Below, one piece after another: positions 37,717-51,187 of a stretch of 64,000 bases of DNA (positions within the stretch are counted from its first letter, which is position 1; every line of letters begins with the position of its first letter). Both the position numbers and the translations under genes were made by a program. Where the stretch lies: positions 797,234 through 861,233 of the forward strand of contig ML992503.1 of assembly GCA_010093995.1 (NCBI GenBank), read 5' to 3'. The notes beneath the pieces were generated by a model. The model was not told the origin of the DNA. It saw only the letters and a list, made by a program, of their open reading frames with translations, and ran no database searches. The stretch is from Elsinoe ampelina. Lineage: Eukaryota.

Positions 37717-38594
37717 TGTGAGGTTTGGCTTTGGCAGCTGGTGCGGGCGGCGGTGGCTGACAGCCAGCTGGAAAAGACGTGTAGCTCGCCACGGTCGGCG
37801 AGTCCGTCAGAGCTTGTGCAGTGGGCTGAGGTATTGAAGTATCTTGCGTGTCAGCAGATGCTATTCTCGAGTGCGTTGCTGTGCGATTTGCTGTATTCGT
37901 GACGTTGGGTTGAGGATATGCGTGAGTTGGGGACGATGCCTTTGAAGCTTCGGGCTCATTGCCGATGACGGAAGAATTCATGGCACCGCAAAAATGTCAC
38001 TCTGCAACTGTCGGACCGTGAACGTTCGCTCGTGTCCAAGAAATGATGACGATGTAAGATGCAGATTGAGGGAAACGAGGTTGAGCCTTCTCTTGGACGC
38101 GAGATGCTTACAGCACACAAGGCTAAGTCGTTGTTTTCGACTGGAACAAGCACATCTAGAATCTCCACCTTTGATAGCGGTGGCCCATGCAAAATGCGAT
38201 CTGCCTTGCTTCGCCCGCCTTGCTCGACATCACCGCTTCTTGCCGGTTCCTTGCCAGGCACATCCAATTGTGATGTTGCCTTCTCCCGCTAGAGCACACT
38301 TTCAGGTACACGAACCTAGCCGTGTCTAGTCCTGGTCATCCCCATGCTAGTTGGGGATCTAAACCATCGTCTTTTCGAATCCTGATCTTCTGGTCCATGA
38401 GGTAATGACATGTGAATGGAAGGGTCCTTTGTTCCCGTTTTCCGATCGACGGATTTTTAAGGTTGGGCTTCGGCTGTTCGAAAATCAGCCGCGATAACCG
38501 AAAGACTTTCCTGCAGCGGTTCGCGTGAGCTTCGTGATTGATTCACAGCTGATCAACATCCCCCCAGAACATCTCCACAACTGCCACTTGCAAG

Positions 38595-40287
38595 ATGGTG
38601 GGCCGCAGACGAGGCCGTGGCCGCCCTTCAATCGCCACACCAGGCGATCGGCGCTCATCACGCAACACAAGTTCGTCTCGATCAATGCCGAAGCTTCTTC
38701 TCTAACAGCCATCGCAGGAACATCGACTCCACGAAACACTCGAGCGCGCGATGTCGAGTCAGACACGGAGATGGTCGACGTGGATCCCGCGGAAGAGGAT
38801 GTGGCTTCTCTCCCCAACGGCGACAGTGCCGCTCCATCACCCGCGCCTGAAGAGGAAGAGGAGGATGCGACATCACCAAAGCAGGACGAGTTCGAAGAAG
38901 CTGAGCCTAGTAGTCCAGTGATACAGTCGATCCCCCGCAAGCGTAGAGGGCCAGGACGCCCACCACGCAACCCACGACCAGACTTTGACAGTCCCGGACC
39001 TGACGATGATGCTTCAGACTCAGGCACACCGAGGAGGGGTAGACGAGGTTCAGGACGACCGACCACTACAGGAAGAGGAGGTTTCAGAGGTCGCGCCAAA
39101 TGGCAGAAGAAGCTGGAACCAGAAAGAGTACCGATTGACAAGGCAGGAAACACGGTCATGGTTGTCAACGACGAGGCAGATCTACCAGAGGACGAAGATG
39201 GAGAGAAAAAGGTTGACAAGGACGGCAACTTGCTTGGAGGACGAGAATATCGTGTCCGTGTATTTACGATCGTGGGCAGAGAACAGCGACTCTACATGCT
39301 GTCTACCGAACCCGCCCGCTGCACTGGCTTCCGCGACAGCTACCTGTTCTTCAACAAGCATCTCAGCCTGCACAAGATCGTCCTGAACGATGAAGAAAAG
39401 ATGGACCTTATCGAGCGCGACCTCATTCCTCACAGCTACAAGGGTCGCAACATAGGTATCTGCACCGCCCGATCCGTCTTCCGCGAATTCGGCGCCCGCA
39501 TCGTGATCGGCGGCAAGAAAGTCATCGACGACTACTACGAAGAAGCCGCGCGAGAACGAGGCGATGTCGAAGGCGAACTCGCCGACCCAACTGACCGTCT
39601 CCCACCCGAAGGTGAAGCCTACAACAAAAACCAATACGTCGCCTGGCACGGAGCCAGCCAAGTCTACCATACCCAACCCCAATCCAACACCATCCCCACA
39701 GGCAACAAAGCCCAAGGAAAGCAACGCAAAGTCAACCTAACAGAAGGCAACTGGCAACTCGAACACGCCCGCGAAGCAAGGTACCCCATTCCCCCCTGCC
39801 CTCTCCATCCCTACCTGCACTGACCCCTCCCCCCAGCAAATTCAACACCCACCTCGCAACCCTCCGCCGCTCCACCCTCCCCGGCCTCTACGACATCCAC
39901 ACCAACCTCCTCCTCGCCCCCAAAATCACCCAACCGACCCACGCAAAATGGACGCCCTCCCCGTCCGTCTCCGCGTCCATCCCCTCCCCGTTTCCCCCTC
40001 TCCCCCCCTCCCTCCTCCACACCCACCTAACAGTCGACACCCTCTTCACCCCACCCCCGCATCTCGGCCTCGGCATCCCGGGCCCAGACGGCGACGCGGT
40101 GGACGTGCGCGCCAACGGACTGACGGGCGTGGCGCGGGAAGTGGCGGATGAGTTGCCGCTGGACATGAGGGGGGCGTTTGAGGAGGCGGTGCGGGCGGAG
40201 AGGGAGTGGAAGGGACGCTGGCGGGGGGAGGGCGAGGATGGGTTGAGGGGCCAGTTGGGGATTGGGTATGCGGGGTTCCCGGTTTAG
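38595..40287 (+). CDS. NPL6: RSC chromatin-remodelling subunit Rsc7/Npl6
   Basis: AT-hook-like GRP motifs; GEKKVDKDGNLLGGREY, LYMLSTEPARCTGFRDSYLFF, SVFREFGA; introns ~38671-38717 and ~39781-39836. Confidence 0.88.
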
Positions 40288-41363
40288 AAGGCTGAGAGGG
40301 AGTGAGGTTACGTTTATGGTGGAGGGAGGGGGGAAGGGATGGAATGGAACGGCATGGGAAGTCGCCGGGTCGGGAGTATGAGGGAAATGATGGGAATGGG
40401 AAAGGCTTGTCAGGACAGGCCGTGCATGAAAGTACCTAGTAGATTTATGAAGACGGTGACGCTGCAGTCTACAGACGCTGCCTTGGGACGATTAGTAATG
40501 AACACTCTTCAAGCGTCAGTCACTTCACCGCGTGGACAAAAGGGAACATGATGTGCAAGACCGCTCAAAGCCCCATCACAGGGCAATGCATTCTTCTCCA
40601 TCTAGAATTACGCCCCTCTCCCATCATCCCTCTTCAGAGCCCCTCCCTCTCCTTCCCCAAAGTGGAAAAAGCACCTCTACCCATGCCATGATATCATTGC
40701 GAACCCAAACCCGATACTTTTTGATACAATAGAGACTTCTGCCCCCCTCTTTGTCTCCCTCGACCAACTATGCGCGAAAAAGGCGACCAACGAAAATGGA
40801 CAAAAACTTTTTTGTATACCCGGCTCCCACCCTGTTTGTGCCCCGGGGAACCAGTTCCGTCTTTCGCTTTGCAGGAAAATTCGACGAGAAGAAAAAATAG
40901 CAGATGTGTGCTTGCGAAGAAGCAAAGACAAAGCAATAGATGTGTATAGTGCCGATGATGCGCCGTGCCGTAAAAAGTCGTGATGATGGATGTTGGATGG
41001 GAATCGAGGTGTATGTTCCGTCCGTGCAGAGAAAGCAAGGCCTGTATCCGTGGTTTCGTCGAGTGAAAAAAGCGAGATCGTGTGGTGTGTTTGTGTGTAG
41101 TGTCGTAAGGTACAGAGATGTCTAAATGTGGGCCGCATCTGACATCGAGCTATGATAGGTCGATGCTGGAAGGGTAAGAATTGTAGAGAAAGCAGAGGTC
41201 GTGAATTTGAGGCGCTGGTAAGGAAGCTCGCTCGGTTGGCGGTAACAGTGCTTTTGTGTGACCGGTCCGGGATGCTCATTAAGCGCGCTGTGGAGCGCTG
41301 CTGTGGACGTGAAATTGCGGAAAGGACTCAAACGCTAGTGTCATGCGCTAGAAAATAGGACAC

Positions 41364-42758
41364 TCAACCAACGACAGTCTGGGGAGCGAAGCTCGAACCC
41401 AGCATGTAGGATGAAGTCTGACGAGAGCAGCCGACGCAGTGGCAGCCGTAGCCGTGATGGTTGTCCCATACGTTGTGGTTCCACGGAGTGTAAAACGAGG
41501 GTGCTACGGTGTGGAGAGGTGGCAACGAGTACTGAGAGTATGGAGCGGCGCTGTTGCGGCCATGAGAGCCATAGCCAGATGCGTAGGCGAACTCATCCAT
41601 AGACTGGTAGCGTGCCTGTGAGGAGTAGTAGTCGGAGTGAGACTGCTCAGGGCGATTCCATGGGTCGGACGACACGTAAGGAGTTCCGTTGGACGAGGTG
41701 GTGGACCCAGATGACAACGGTGTGTAGGTACCATGAGCGGTCTTCGCATAGCCTGGCTGGAAGGTGGGGCGGCTGGAGTGTAGCGACTTCTGGCGCTGGA
41801 TATTGGTGTTCAGCGGTGAAAGTCTCGAGTTCCTGGCTTTGGTTGTTGCACGTGCATCATAGTCCTTCCATGCTCGGATCCAGAGTAAGACACCGTTAGG
41901 GTCAGTGGAGTCAGCATGGAGATCAAAGCCGATGGTGGCAAGCCACTCGATCTCGAGGGTGTTGAGTTCGGTGACCTTGATGCTGGTCACATCTGACCAC
42001 GACCTGTTGATGAAAGTGTTGTCATCAAGAAACTTGCTGCCAAGAATCATGGAGACGGTCAGCAGACGGTACAGGGCATGCTCAGATTTCGTGATGCTGG
42101 TCGGATAATCGCGCATGCGAATAGTCAGGTAGTGCAGACTGAGCAGGATGGTCGCGGATGGTAGACGAGTGGCGGTGAGAACCTGTGAGACCCACTTTCG
42201 GAAGTGGGGTTGGACAGTAGTGCCCGGTAAAATGCTTCGACAAATGTCAATATCTGCGAGGCAGATGTTGGACGAGTGAAGTGCATACATTCCTTGTGCC
42301 GTCTCGGACACGAAATCCGTCATGCGTTCCATTTCGTAGTCAAGCTTGGCCGACACTCCACCTGTGGTGGGCTCCTCCTTTGGTGCTTGTGCCGGCTGTT
42401 GGACAACTTGACGTGTGACTCCCTGCTGGTACGAGTGGTAGTACTCGCGATCAGCTGACCTGTAGGCATCCTGAATGCGAAGTGGTGGCAGGATGGGTGC
42501 GCCGATGGGCTCATAGTAGCTGCTGATTGGCGGAAGGCTTTGACCACAATACGACCTACGCTGGTAGGCATTCTGCTGTGACGACTGCGGCGGCGGAGGA
42601 TATCTATGAGAGTAGTCCATGGCGCTGTCGAGGCGTGGCGGCAGAGTCTGCTGTGAAGCGTAGCTGTCGGGGTGGTATAGAGCCTGCTCGTAGGGCGCGT
42701 TGTAGGGAGGTGTGAGAGGAAGTTGGCCAGGTGCGGCCTGAGGGTAGAAGGAAGGCAT
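41364..42758 (-). CDS. Pho85/Pcl-type cyclin (Clg1/Mug80-like)
   Basis: LPLTPP, GGVSAKLDYEM, FRKWVSQVLTATRLPSATILL, LGSKFLDDNTFINRSWS. Confidence 0.88.
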   Translation of the reverse strand: MPSFYPQAAPGQLPLTPPYNAPYEQALYHPDSYASQQTLPPRLDSAMDYSHRYPPPPQSSQQNAYQRRSYCGQSLPPISSYYEPIGAPILPPLRIQDAYRSADREYYHSYQQGVTRQVVQQPAQAPKEEPTTGGVSAKLDYEMERMTDFVSETAQGMYALHSSNICLADIDICRSILPGTTVQPHFRKWVSQVLTATRLPSATILLSLHYLTIRMRDYPTSITKSEHALYRLLTVSMILGSKFLDDNTFINRSWSDVTSIKVTELNTLEIEWLATIGFDLHADSTDPNGVLLWIRAWKDYDARATTKARNSRLSPLNTNIQRQKSLHSSRPTFQPGYAKTAHGTYTPLSSGSTTSSNGTPYVSSDPWNRPEQSHSDYYSSQARYQSMDEFAYASGYGSHGRNSAAPYSQYSLPPLHTVAPSFYTPWNHNVWDNHHGYGCHCVGCSRQTSSYMLGSSFAPQTVVG

Positions 42759-44869
42759 GATGGGATGAAGAGAGGTGGTTGGAAGAAACGGCGTGTTGCA
42801 CAGCCTGTATAGTGTTAGTGAAATGTGAAATCAGAAGCAGCGTGTGACATACCGTTTCTGTCCTCCTGTCCCCGAAAGGTCGAGGAGCTTGATCTGCGGC
42901 TCCTCCTTCAGTATGCGTTCATGCGTCTCGATCAAGTCGTGATGAGTCGATGGTTGGACTTCTGCGGTGAAGTCTGCGAGATGTGTTGACGGTGCAGAGA
43001 CAATTCTAACAGATCCTTGTGAGATGTCTCAGAATTTTTATGCGGAGTGAGATGATCTCAGATGGAGTGTGAAACTTGGTGTGACGCAAATTTTTCTACT
43101 CTTGTCGACGGCTGCGGACGAGACTAAATGAATAGGTCGTCGAGACGTGTCGTCGCGCCTGGTAATGCTCGTGTTTGTGTGCTGATATGTATCCCAGGAT
43201 GGACAGCAAACAGGTCAAACAGCGAGGATTGCGCGTGAAGCAAGCCGGTTGCGCGTATCGTGGACAGGCAACTAGATTCCTTTGACGGGATCTAAGCTGG
43301 TAGTCGCAAGACAGGGAGGCTGATGCTGGTGATGGTTCGTGTGAGGTGCAGCCGGGGTGAGCTGGCCGCGAGTGGTTATGCAGGGAGCGCAACAGCGGAT
43401 GTCGATGTCGAACAAACGAAGACGACAACGAAGGCCGGTGCTACACGACAAACGGTCGATCAGGTGTGTTGGAGAGACCTGACAAGTCGTTTGCACCTGT
43501 TTGTGCCGGATTTCTCGCTGCTGTTTCTGGCCAGCAAATCAGAGCACTCGAAACCGAATCGAGCCGAAATTACACTCTAGTAGGAGATTGAGCAGGGCCT
43601 GGCTCAACCGGATGCGACTGGCTGACTAGTGTAGAAGTCTGACGGTCGTGAGAGTCTTGACTCTGTCGTCTGCACCAACCAGTTGATGCAAGAAGCGACT
43701 GGCTACGAAAGTGGTGGTGGGAGATGGGAGAAGGAGAAGTGGTCGGTGGGAAATGGAAATGCAGACGGGAGCCGGGTTCAGGTTGGCAGGGAAAATGCAC
43801 TGACGCACAGAGTGAGGAGATTCATTCTCAGCAAAAAGACCTTCTTCGGGCTTGCTCTTTTTTCGCGGCTAGCGCGAGTCTCTTTTGCTTCTTCATGCGT
43901 CACGTTTTCTGGCGTGTGGGAATGAATCCAACCCCCAAGCCTTGCAGCTGCTCACCATGCATGTCCGGCAGCCTTTTCATCGATCTCGGTCCTTCCCGGG
44001 AATAGCTGACATCTTCTTTCTCTAAGCTCTGGCAGGAAACAAGCCTGCCAGTGATGACTGCTCTATGGTTGGAAATCACCTCGCTTGGCTGAGAGATTGA
44101 CGGAGGCCTGGAGTCTCAAGGCCTTGCTTCCTGTGTGTGTGTGACTGCATAATTAACATCTGCCTGTCACAGTTTCTGACAGCATGTACCTGGCCATGAT
44201 CCGTGGTCATCATGGTCAGGTGTACCGCGGAAGAACGGGCTCCTGGCCCTACTCATCATTCTGCTCGGCAAATCACGGACGAGCTGATTCCTCTTTTCCT
44301 GCGCGATGCTGCAAACCTTGAACACCCCAATTTGCTACGTACCTTTCTTTTATGGAGATCTGTCACACTTTGATTAGGATTGCTACAGGTCCTTTCCTCG
44401 GTCTCTTTGCCCACCACAAGTCGGTCAAATAAGCAAGGCAACACTCGCGACGTACTGTAATTTCGGACACGTCTGACTCTTGTTGCCCTGCGACAGATCG
44501 TGCAGAGGGATCATCGCTCGCCTCGACTTGTCACGGTGACACTAGTGGCGCTGTCCCAATGCCCCCCCCAATTCCGCAAACTCCGCGTGATGACTCGGAC
44601 ACTTGACACCAATATGGATGTCCTTGGGGGGCAGCCACGCTGGGCATTGGGGCAGAGTCCCCCCAAGCCTCCATCCCCATCCCGTCACCAAGTCCGTCTT
44701 CACCCATGCGACCCCCTCACGTCTCCCGCGTGAAAGCGCGTGCTTCACCTCAACGGTCGAACGGGTCGCGTACATTACGAACTTGTCCAGCGAAGAACGA
44801 ATGGGCGTCGTGCCTGCGTCCTCACCCGAAATGCTGCCGAAGTTCGCTGTCCAGAAAGCATATTCACTA

Positions 44870-45235
44870 CAGTCAAAGCTGGTTATACCGTTAGGCTTCG
44901 TGAACTAGGCTTTAAACGGTAGAGAGAGATTATCGGTATAAGGTGACCAGGCTTGGCGTTTTCCTTCGCGAGATCGGCTAGAATAGGCCTAGTTTCGGAC
45001 AAAAACGCCAGGTAATGCGGCTCTTACGAACTTTCTGCAAAGCTTCTTGCCTAAGCGGGCTAGCTGACTTCCTAATTCGGTATAGACTGAACGGTAGCCA
45101 GGGTCGAAATCGTAAACGTAACGGTACAGAGAGAGATATTAGTTTTTGTATGGGAAAATGAACGGTGACACACGAGTTGAACGGTACAGAGAGATTAACG
45201 GTAAGGACAGCTAACGGTATAGCCAGCTTTGACTG
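44870..45235. mobile_element. Tc1/mariner-type MITE (366 bp)
   Basis: 25-bp TIRs CAGTCAAAGCTGG(T/C)TATACCGTTAG with 1 mismatch; TA on both flanks (44868-69, 45236-37); internal AACGGTA repeats; no transposase. Confidence 0.92.
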
Positions 45236-45559
45236 TACCAGTGATTGCCCGGGAAGAATTCGGAGCACTGCACTCGCTGATCCAACGTCGTTCAACAGGT
45301 GTGCCCTAGTCGGCACCAAATGACCCGCCAGTTGCACAGAGAGAACTACCAACACAGAAGGATCTCACAACTTGCTTGACTTCCCTGCCATTGTCAGTAG
45401 TGTTAATCAGTCAGATTCACAATCGTGTCTTTCATGCAAGCATCACTCAATTCTTTCTTGAGTATATCTCTTGGAAGGAGAGCAGGCCAATAAGTAAAGA
45501 CAAGGTATATTCCACAGCATCATTTGAATTCGTCTAATGCCCATAATTTCTTCGCAACA

Positions 45560-46175
45560 ATCTCCCACTCCACAACGCCTCTCCCCATCACCACCCTCTC
45601 AGCATCCAGCCAAACCGGCGTCGCCACCGTCCGCGCCCTCCTCGCCACCGACGCCGACACCCATCTCACAGGCATCTACCGCGACCTCTCCAAAGCGTCC
45701 CCAGACTTCGCCACTGACCCTCGCTTCACCGCCGTCAAAGACGGCATCTCCCCTGACCTCACCCTCGACTTCTCCTCAACCGACGCCCTCTCCTACTTTC
45801 CACCTCCCCTACCACGACCCAAACATCCCCCCTAACATTTCAGGTTTCCCTCCCCGACCTCGGCCTCCTCCTCCCCACTCTCCCCCCACCCCGGCACGCC
45901 ACACAAAACAAACCTCTTCGGCCCCCACCTCCACAGCCCGGACGAAGTCGGTCTGGCACTGGGCCAACCCACCAGTAAGACAGTCGAGGTGCGCGGTATC
46001 CCGAGGGGACAAGTTGCAGCATTTCGAGGCGGCGGGTGAATCCAGTTCGAGCGAGAGAGTTGGTGGAGATGTCGGTTGCGATGAGGGAGGGGGGGCTCAT
46101 TGCGGGGGTCAATGAGATGGGGGAGGTGAGTAGGGGGAAGACGGGAATAGTGGAGGCGCCGAGGGGGCTGGAGAG
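45560..46175 (+). pseudogene. Degraded NmrA-like NAD(P)-binding protein
   Basis: ITTLSASSQTGVATVRALL..GIYRDLSKA..PRFTAVK..LDFSSTDAL..PPP, then frameshifted remnants (KTVEVRGIPR, ARELVEMSVAMREGGLI). Confidence 0.5.
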
Positions 46176-46330
46176 AGGGGAGCTGAGGGTTTGAGGTGTG
46201 GTGTGTTTTAAGGGAGGTGATTGTCCACATGTTTCCCACCGGACGAATTCGGTCACACCTCTTTATCCAGATCTACCGCTGTTCGCCACCACGCCTGCCC
46301 CGAATATTGCACCATCCTTTATACCCGCCC

Positions 46331-48486
46331 TTACAACTTCTCCCCCACCTCCCTCTTCTCCCCAACAAAGTCCTCCGTCGACCCGGTCAACCCAAGCGAC
46401 CTATGAATCCTCTCCAGCCTCTCCCTATCTTCGTGACCAGTGCCTGCAGCATCACCAAAGACCTCATCCATCTCTTCGAGGGTAAGGTTCTTGGTCTCTG
46501 GCACGATGAAGAAGACGAAAGCAGCTCCGAGCATGCAGACGAGGCCGAAGAAGACGAAGGTGCCGTAGCCCATTGCACCGACCATGTCGGGGGTTGCGAG
46601 ACCGATCTGTTGGTATCACGTTAGTCGATGTGTTTGATAGAGGGGTGATTACTTACGCCAAAGTTGTTAAGCCAATTAGAGGATGCGCCGATGGATACAC
46701 CCTTTGCTCGGACGCCGAGTGGGAACACTTCGGAGACGACGACCCAGGCAGCCGGCTGGTAGTGTCAGCTTTAGATGTGAGCAAATTCACCCCGGTTCAA
46801 CTTACACCCCACGAGTAACCAAAGTTCATCTGGTAGATCCATACAAACACCACGGCAACCCATCCTGCTGCTTTGTGTGCGTCCCAGTTGGAGCTGAAGG
46901 AAGCCTGAAGAGCGGCCACGATGAAGTGGGAGATGCCCATACCGATTGCTCCCGCGATGAGGACAGGCTTACGGCCGAGTCTATCAATGTACAAGACTGC
47001 TGGAATCGTGGCGAGGAAAAGCAAAATACCGCCCACACCACTTGCTAGCAGAGAGGTGGTGTTTCCTGTAAGACCCAGATCTTGGAAGATGAAAGCGGCG
47101 TAGTACAAGATAGCATTAATGCCCGACCCTGTTGATGTTAAAGACACTCATTGAAGCAGAAAATGTTTGGAGCAAAAAGTGTCTGTCGCAAAAGGTGTTT
47201 GAAGCAGAAAGTGTTCGAAGACGTACATTGCTGGAAGACCATGATCATGACAGCGACCATGACTCGCTTGAACAAGGACTTGTTGGTGAGCAGACTGGCA
47301 TATTCGTGGAAGCCTAGACGAATGTTGCTCATGAGAGAGCCGTCCTGGAACTGAGGGAACCTGCTGCGGGAAGTCTCGACTTCGAAAAGATGTTGTGCCT
47401 TGATCTCCAGCCACTCAAGGTGGATCACGGGGTGATCTTGGTCCTTGCGACGGAGGGATGCCAGAACGTGGAGACACTCTTCCTCACGATCGTGGGACAT
47501 GAGCCAACGGGGACTGTCAAAGGCTTAGCTTCACTCCGACGTGAGATCATGAATAGTACCTTTGTGGCATGAAGAAGATGCCGATTCCGAGGATCAGAGC
47601 AGGAAGAAGCTGGATGCAAATGGGGATGAGCCAGGCCGCATTTGATTGCGATGCACCGGTGCCGCCAATGAAGTTCGTGCCGTAGCCTGGTACAGATTAG
47701 AGACGCTCACGAGAGATGATATCTGATTGCAATACCAATCCAGTATGAGATCATGATTCCGAAGCAAATTGCCAGTTGCTGGAGAGCAACCAAAGCACCA
47801 CGAAGCTCAGGAGGCGAGAGCTCGGCATTGTATCTAGCATTATCAGCAAGCGGGTATGTGAGCTACGTAGTATACCGACAGTGGCACGATCATCGACAAG
47901 ACACCTGAGAACGTCAGTGTATGTTGATCAGGAGGCACACAGTAGACCTACCAACACCGATGCCGGTGGTGAAGCGACCGCCGAGGATGTAGTCGACATT
48001 CTTCGCGGCGGCCTGGACAATGACACCAATGCAGAAGACGATGACTCCCATCTGTGTGGCCATCTTTCGTCCCAGCGCATCGGCCATGATTCCGTTGGCA
48101 AGGACTCCAAACCAGGCACCCAGCTCTAGAATACTATTTATACCTCTCAGCATAATCGGCTTTATTCCTAGATGGAGTCACTTACGCAGTCTGGAAGCCT
48201 CTGATGGTCTCGTTGCTGATGGACTCGGGGTGTACAGTGTTGGCGAAGGAAGTCATGTTTAGAATCTGTCCGAACATTCCTTGGTTGTCTGACATGCGTG
48301 AGCATATTGCCAATATTCGGAATTCTGTTGGCACTTACATCCGTAGACGAAGCCTCCCATCGAAGCAAAAACGGCAATAGCTGTGACATGGGTATTTGCA
48401 AGCAGTCCCTTGATACCGCCTGGACCAGCATGTTGAAGACGTTTGGCCGAAAGACCGCCAATATCGGCTGATGGAAGAGGAGCCAT
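46331..48486 (-). CDS. MFS sugar porter (monosaccharide transporter), many introns
   Basis: FASMGGFVYG, ADALGRK, ELSPPELRG, FQQ/GINAILYYA, DRLGRKP, VPETKNLTLEEMD. Confidence 0.92.
47151..47220. repeat. 16-bp tandem repeat, four copies, in an intron of the transporter
   Basis: ttgaagcagaaaatgt / ttggagcaaaaagtgt / ctgtcgcaaaaggtgt / ttgaagcagaaagtgt. Confidence 0.8.
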
Positions 48487-49356
48487 AGCTGCGAGATTTG
48501 TGTACTTACTAGATGAACGAGAGCTCCCCAAGGTACTTATATGAACAAAACAACTTCTCCACTGCCGATCATGCACTCCGGATGATCCGCACAAGTCCTT
48601 GGTTGGCTTACCTGGGTATGCCATGGGGTATCGTGTTCGGGAGCCAAGTATATTGCCTAAATGCTGGTAGGACTCCACACCAACATGGAAGCTTGCGAAG
48701 CTTGAGGGAAGATCAGCTACCCTGCATGAACTGGCCATGACGTGCGGCTCCGGTGGAGGTATGTGCCGGGGGTTTGTCTTGAGTGTATTCAGGCTAATTA
48801 TTGCCGGGATCCGAGAAGGCCGCTAAGCTCTGCTGGAAGTGTTTGGATCCTTCTGCATGTCCGCAGGAGCTCGACAATACTCGAAATGACCCAATGAGGG
48901 CCAGTTTGAGACATTACCGTCACGATTGCTACCATGCGCAGTGAGATTACGAGTGGGGCTTCTTCTTTTCGGGCCGAAGCCATTCCTACACGATTGCTGG
49001 CGGTCGTTCGTGCTGCTCGCTTCCGCGTGAATTCATGGATATTCAGTCCGCAGTATACGTCTTGCTCATGAAGGTGCGAGGTCTATCTTGGTCGTTGGAG
49101 TTAGGTTGGTGGAGGCAAGCATTTGCCAAGGACCTCGGGAGGGCAGCCACCGGCCTCGGCCATTCGCTCGGGTGCACATTCCCCCCCACCATGATCCACC
49201 GCTAAGACTTGCCCATCTCGCTAGCACGAATGGTGGCTGAGGTGTGGTAGCGAGCAGGTCCTAACTTAATCCTTGTCATGGATGTAAGCGAGGTCACGAC
49301 TATATCTCTTGTAGATATGAATCACAGTCTTCCTTCCTGTCAAAGACCCAGTAGAG

Positions 49357-50945
49357 ATGTCTGGCTTGACGAATGACTGGACTACTGCTGGTTCTTGCCT
49401 TCTGATCGCATTTGCGATAGCATTTCTGATCCGCCTCAACTACCAACTCAAATTAGTCCCAGCGGAGATCAGTAAACTATCGTCGCCACCATGGACGCCA
49501 GAAATGCTTCAAGATACATACCGTAGACTCGAGCAACAGCCCGTTGACTACCTTTCGAATCTTCCTCCCCGCCTTGATCGGCGATACATCATCACCGGCG
49601 GGAACGGTAAGTGCTGGGAACAGCGACACACGACTCATACGACTGATGCATCGCGGTAGGTCTTGTCGGTGGCTATATTGTATTACAGCTTCTTGCAAGG
49701 GGTACCCCTCCCGCGAATATTCGAATCCTTGATATCAGAAAGTCACAGCGAGACGACATAAACAACAGCTCAGCAGCCGAGGTCGACTTTATCAGAACAG
49801 ACATCACTTCTGCTGAGTCCGTGAAAGCAGCTTTCGAGAAGCCATGGCAGCATTCGGCACAGAAACTACCATTGACTGTGTTTCATACCGCCGCTATCAT
49901 TCTGGCCTCTGAAAACTCCCAACACACTTATCGTTTCTCGGAAGCAGTGAACGTCACCGGAACCAAGAACCTGTTGGCAGCAGCAAGAGCTGCTGGAGCC
50001 GATGTCTTCAGCGCCACCTCATCAGCATCCATCGGTATCCGTATCGTCAAGCCAACGTGGCCCTGGGCTGCTCAATTACCAAACTTCTGGCAACTGCTAG
50101 ACGAACAAGATTTCTTCAAGCCCCTAGTGCCACGCTGCGAACTGTTCAGCAATTATGCCATATCGAAAGCGGTGGCAGAGAGACTGGTATGTGATGAGAA
50201 CTCGGACTCGTTTCGGACGGGAACTATCCGACCTGCAAATGGCATATATGGCCATCCAGTAGACAACACGCTTGGAGTGCCTCTAGCCAAGTCTGTACTT
50301 CCCACGTAAGCAATCATATATGACGAGTACGCCGCCTATGTAGCTGACCACGACAGATGGGTTCCGCACATTGTCCAGAGCTTTGTCCACGCAGCGAACA
50401 TCTCAGTAGCTCACCTCCACCACGAAGCTGTACTAGCAACCAAGGATGCATCAGCTCCGCAGACTGGACGACCATTCGTGATCACCGACCCGAACCCTCC
50501 GATTCGTTACCAGGATATGTACACGGCAATCGAGACTCTCTCCAGGTTCCCCTTCCGCTGCCTATATCTCCCTCCAGGTCTCATGTTCGCCCTCTCCTAC
50601 TTAGTCGAATTCTACACCCTGTTACCGCACAGACTACCTCTTCTCAAGCACATTCTCCCAGTCATCAATGGGGATCTCAAACATTTACAGCCAGGTCTCT
50701 TCTCGATATGCACTCACGCAGTCGGCATTGATACTGAAGCACGAAAGCCCGTCGAGGAAGGAGGACTGGGGTATGAAGGTTTGATTACCACGCTAGATGG
50801 TATGGCGCTTGAGATATTAGAGTGGAACAGAGAACATCAGGATGAGCAGCGTGGTACTATAAGTAGGAAGTCGTATGTCAACTCGCTCGTGGTGGCGGAT
50901 GAGATTCGGCATATGCTTTCGATTGGAGGAGTCGGGTCAGCTTGA
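49357..50945 (+). CDS. 3-beta-hydroxysteroid dehydrogenase/extended SDR family protein
   Basis: N-terminal TM; YIITGGNGLVGG, VFHTAA, VNVTGT, YAISK, IRPANGIYG; two introns. Confidence 0.88.
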
Positions 50946-51187
50946 AAGTGATATTAGCACAGTACTGTATATAGTGATTATACTCTACAAGAAACATATT
51001 CAAAACACTTCCGTCCCCGATTTCCCTACGATCGTGGTTAAATTTCTCCCACAGCGAGTCGCGACAAAGTTGCATGAACCATGGTCTTCTTCAACCACCA
51101 AACACTCTCACTACACGACATTCTTTGCCAACAGCATTGTTTCACAGACAGAATCACAATAATCCCCCAAGCCTACCCCCAACCGGC

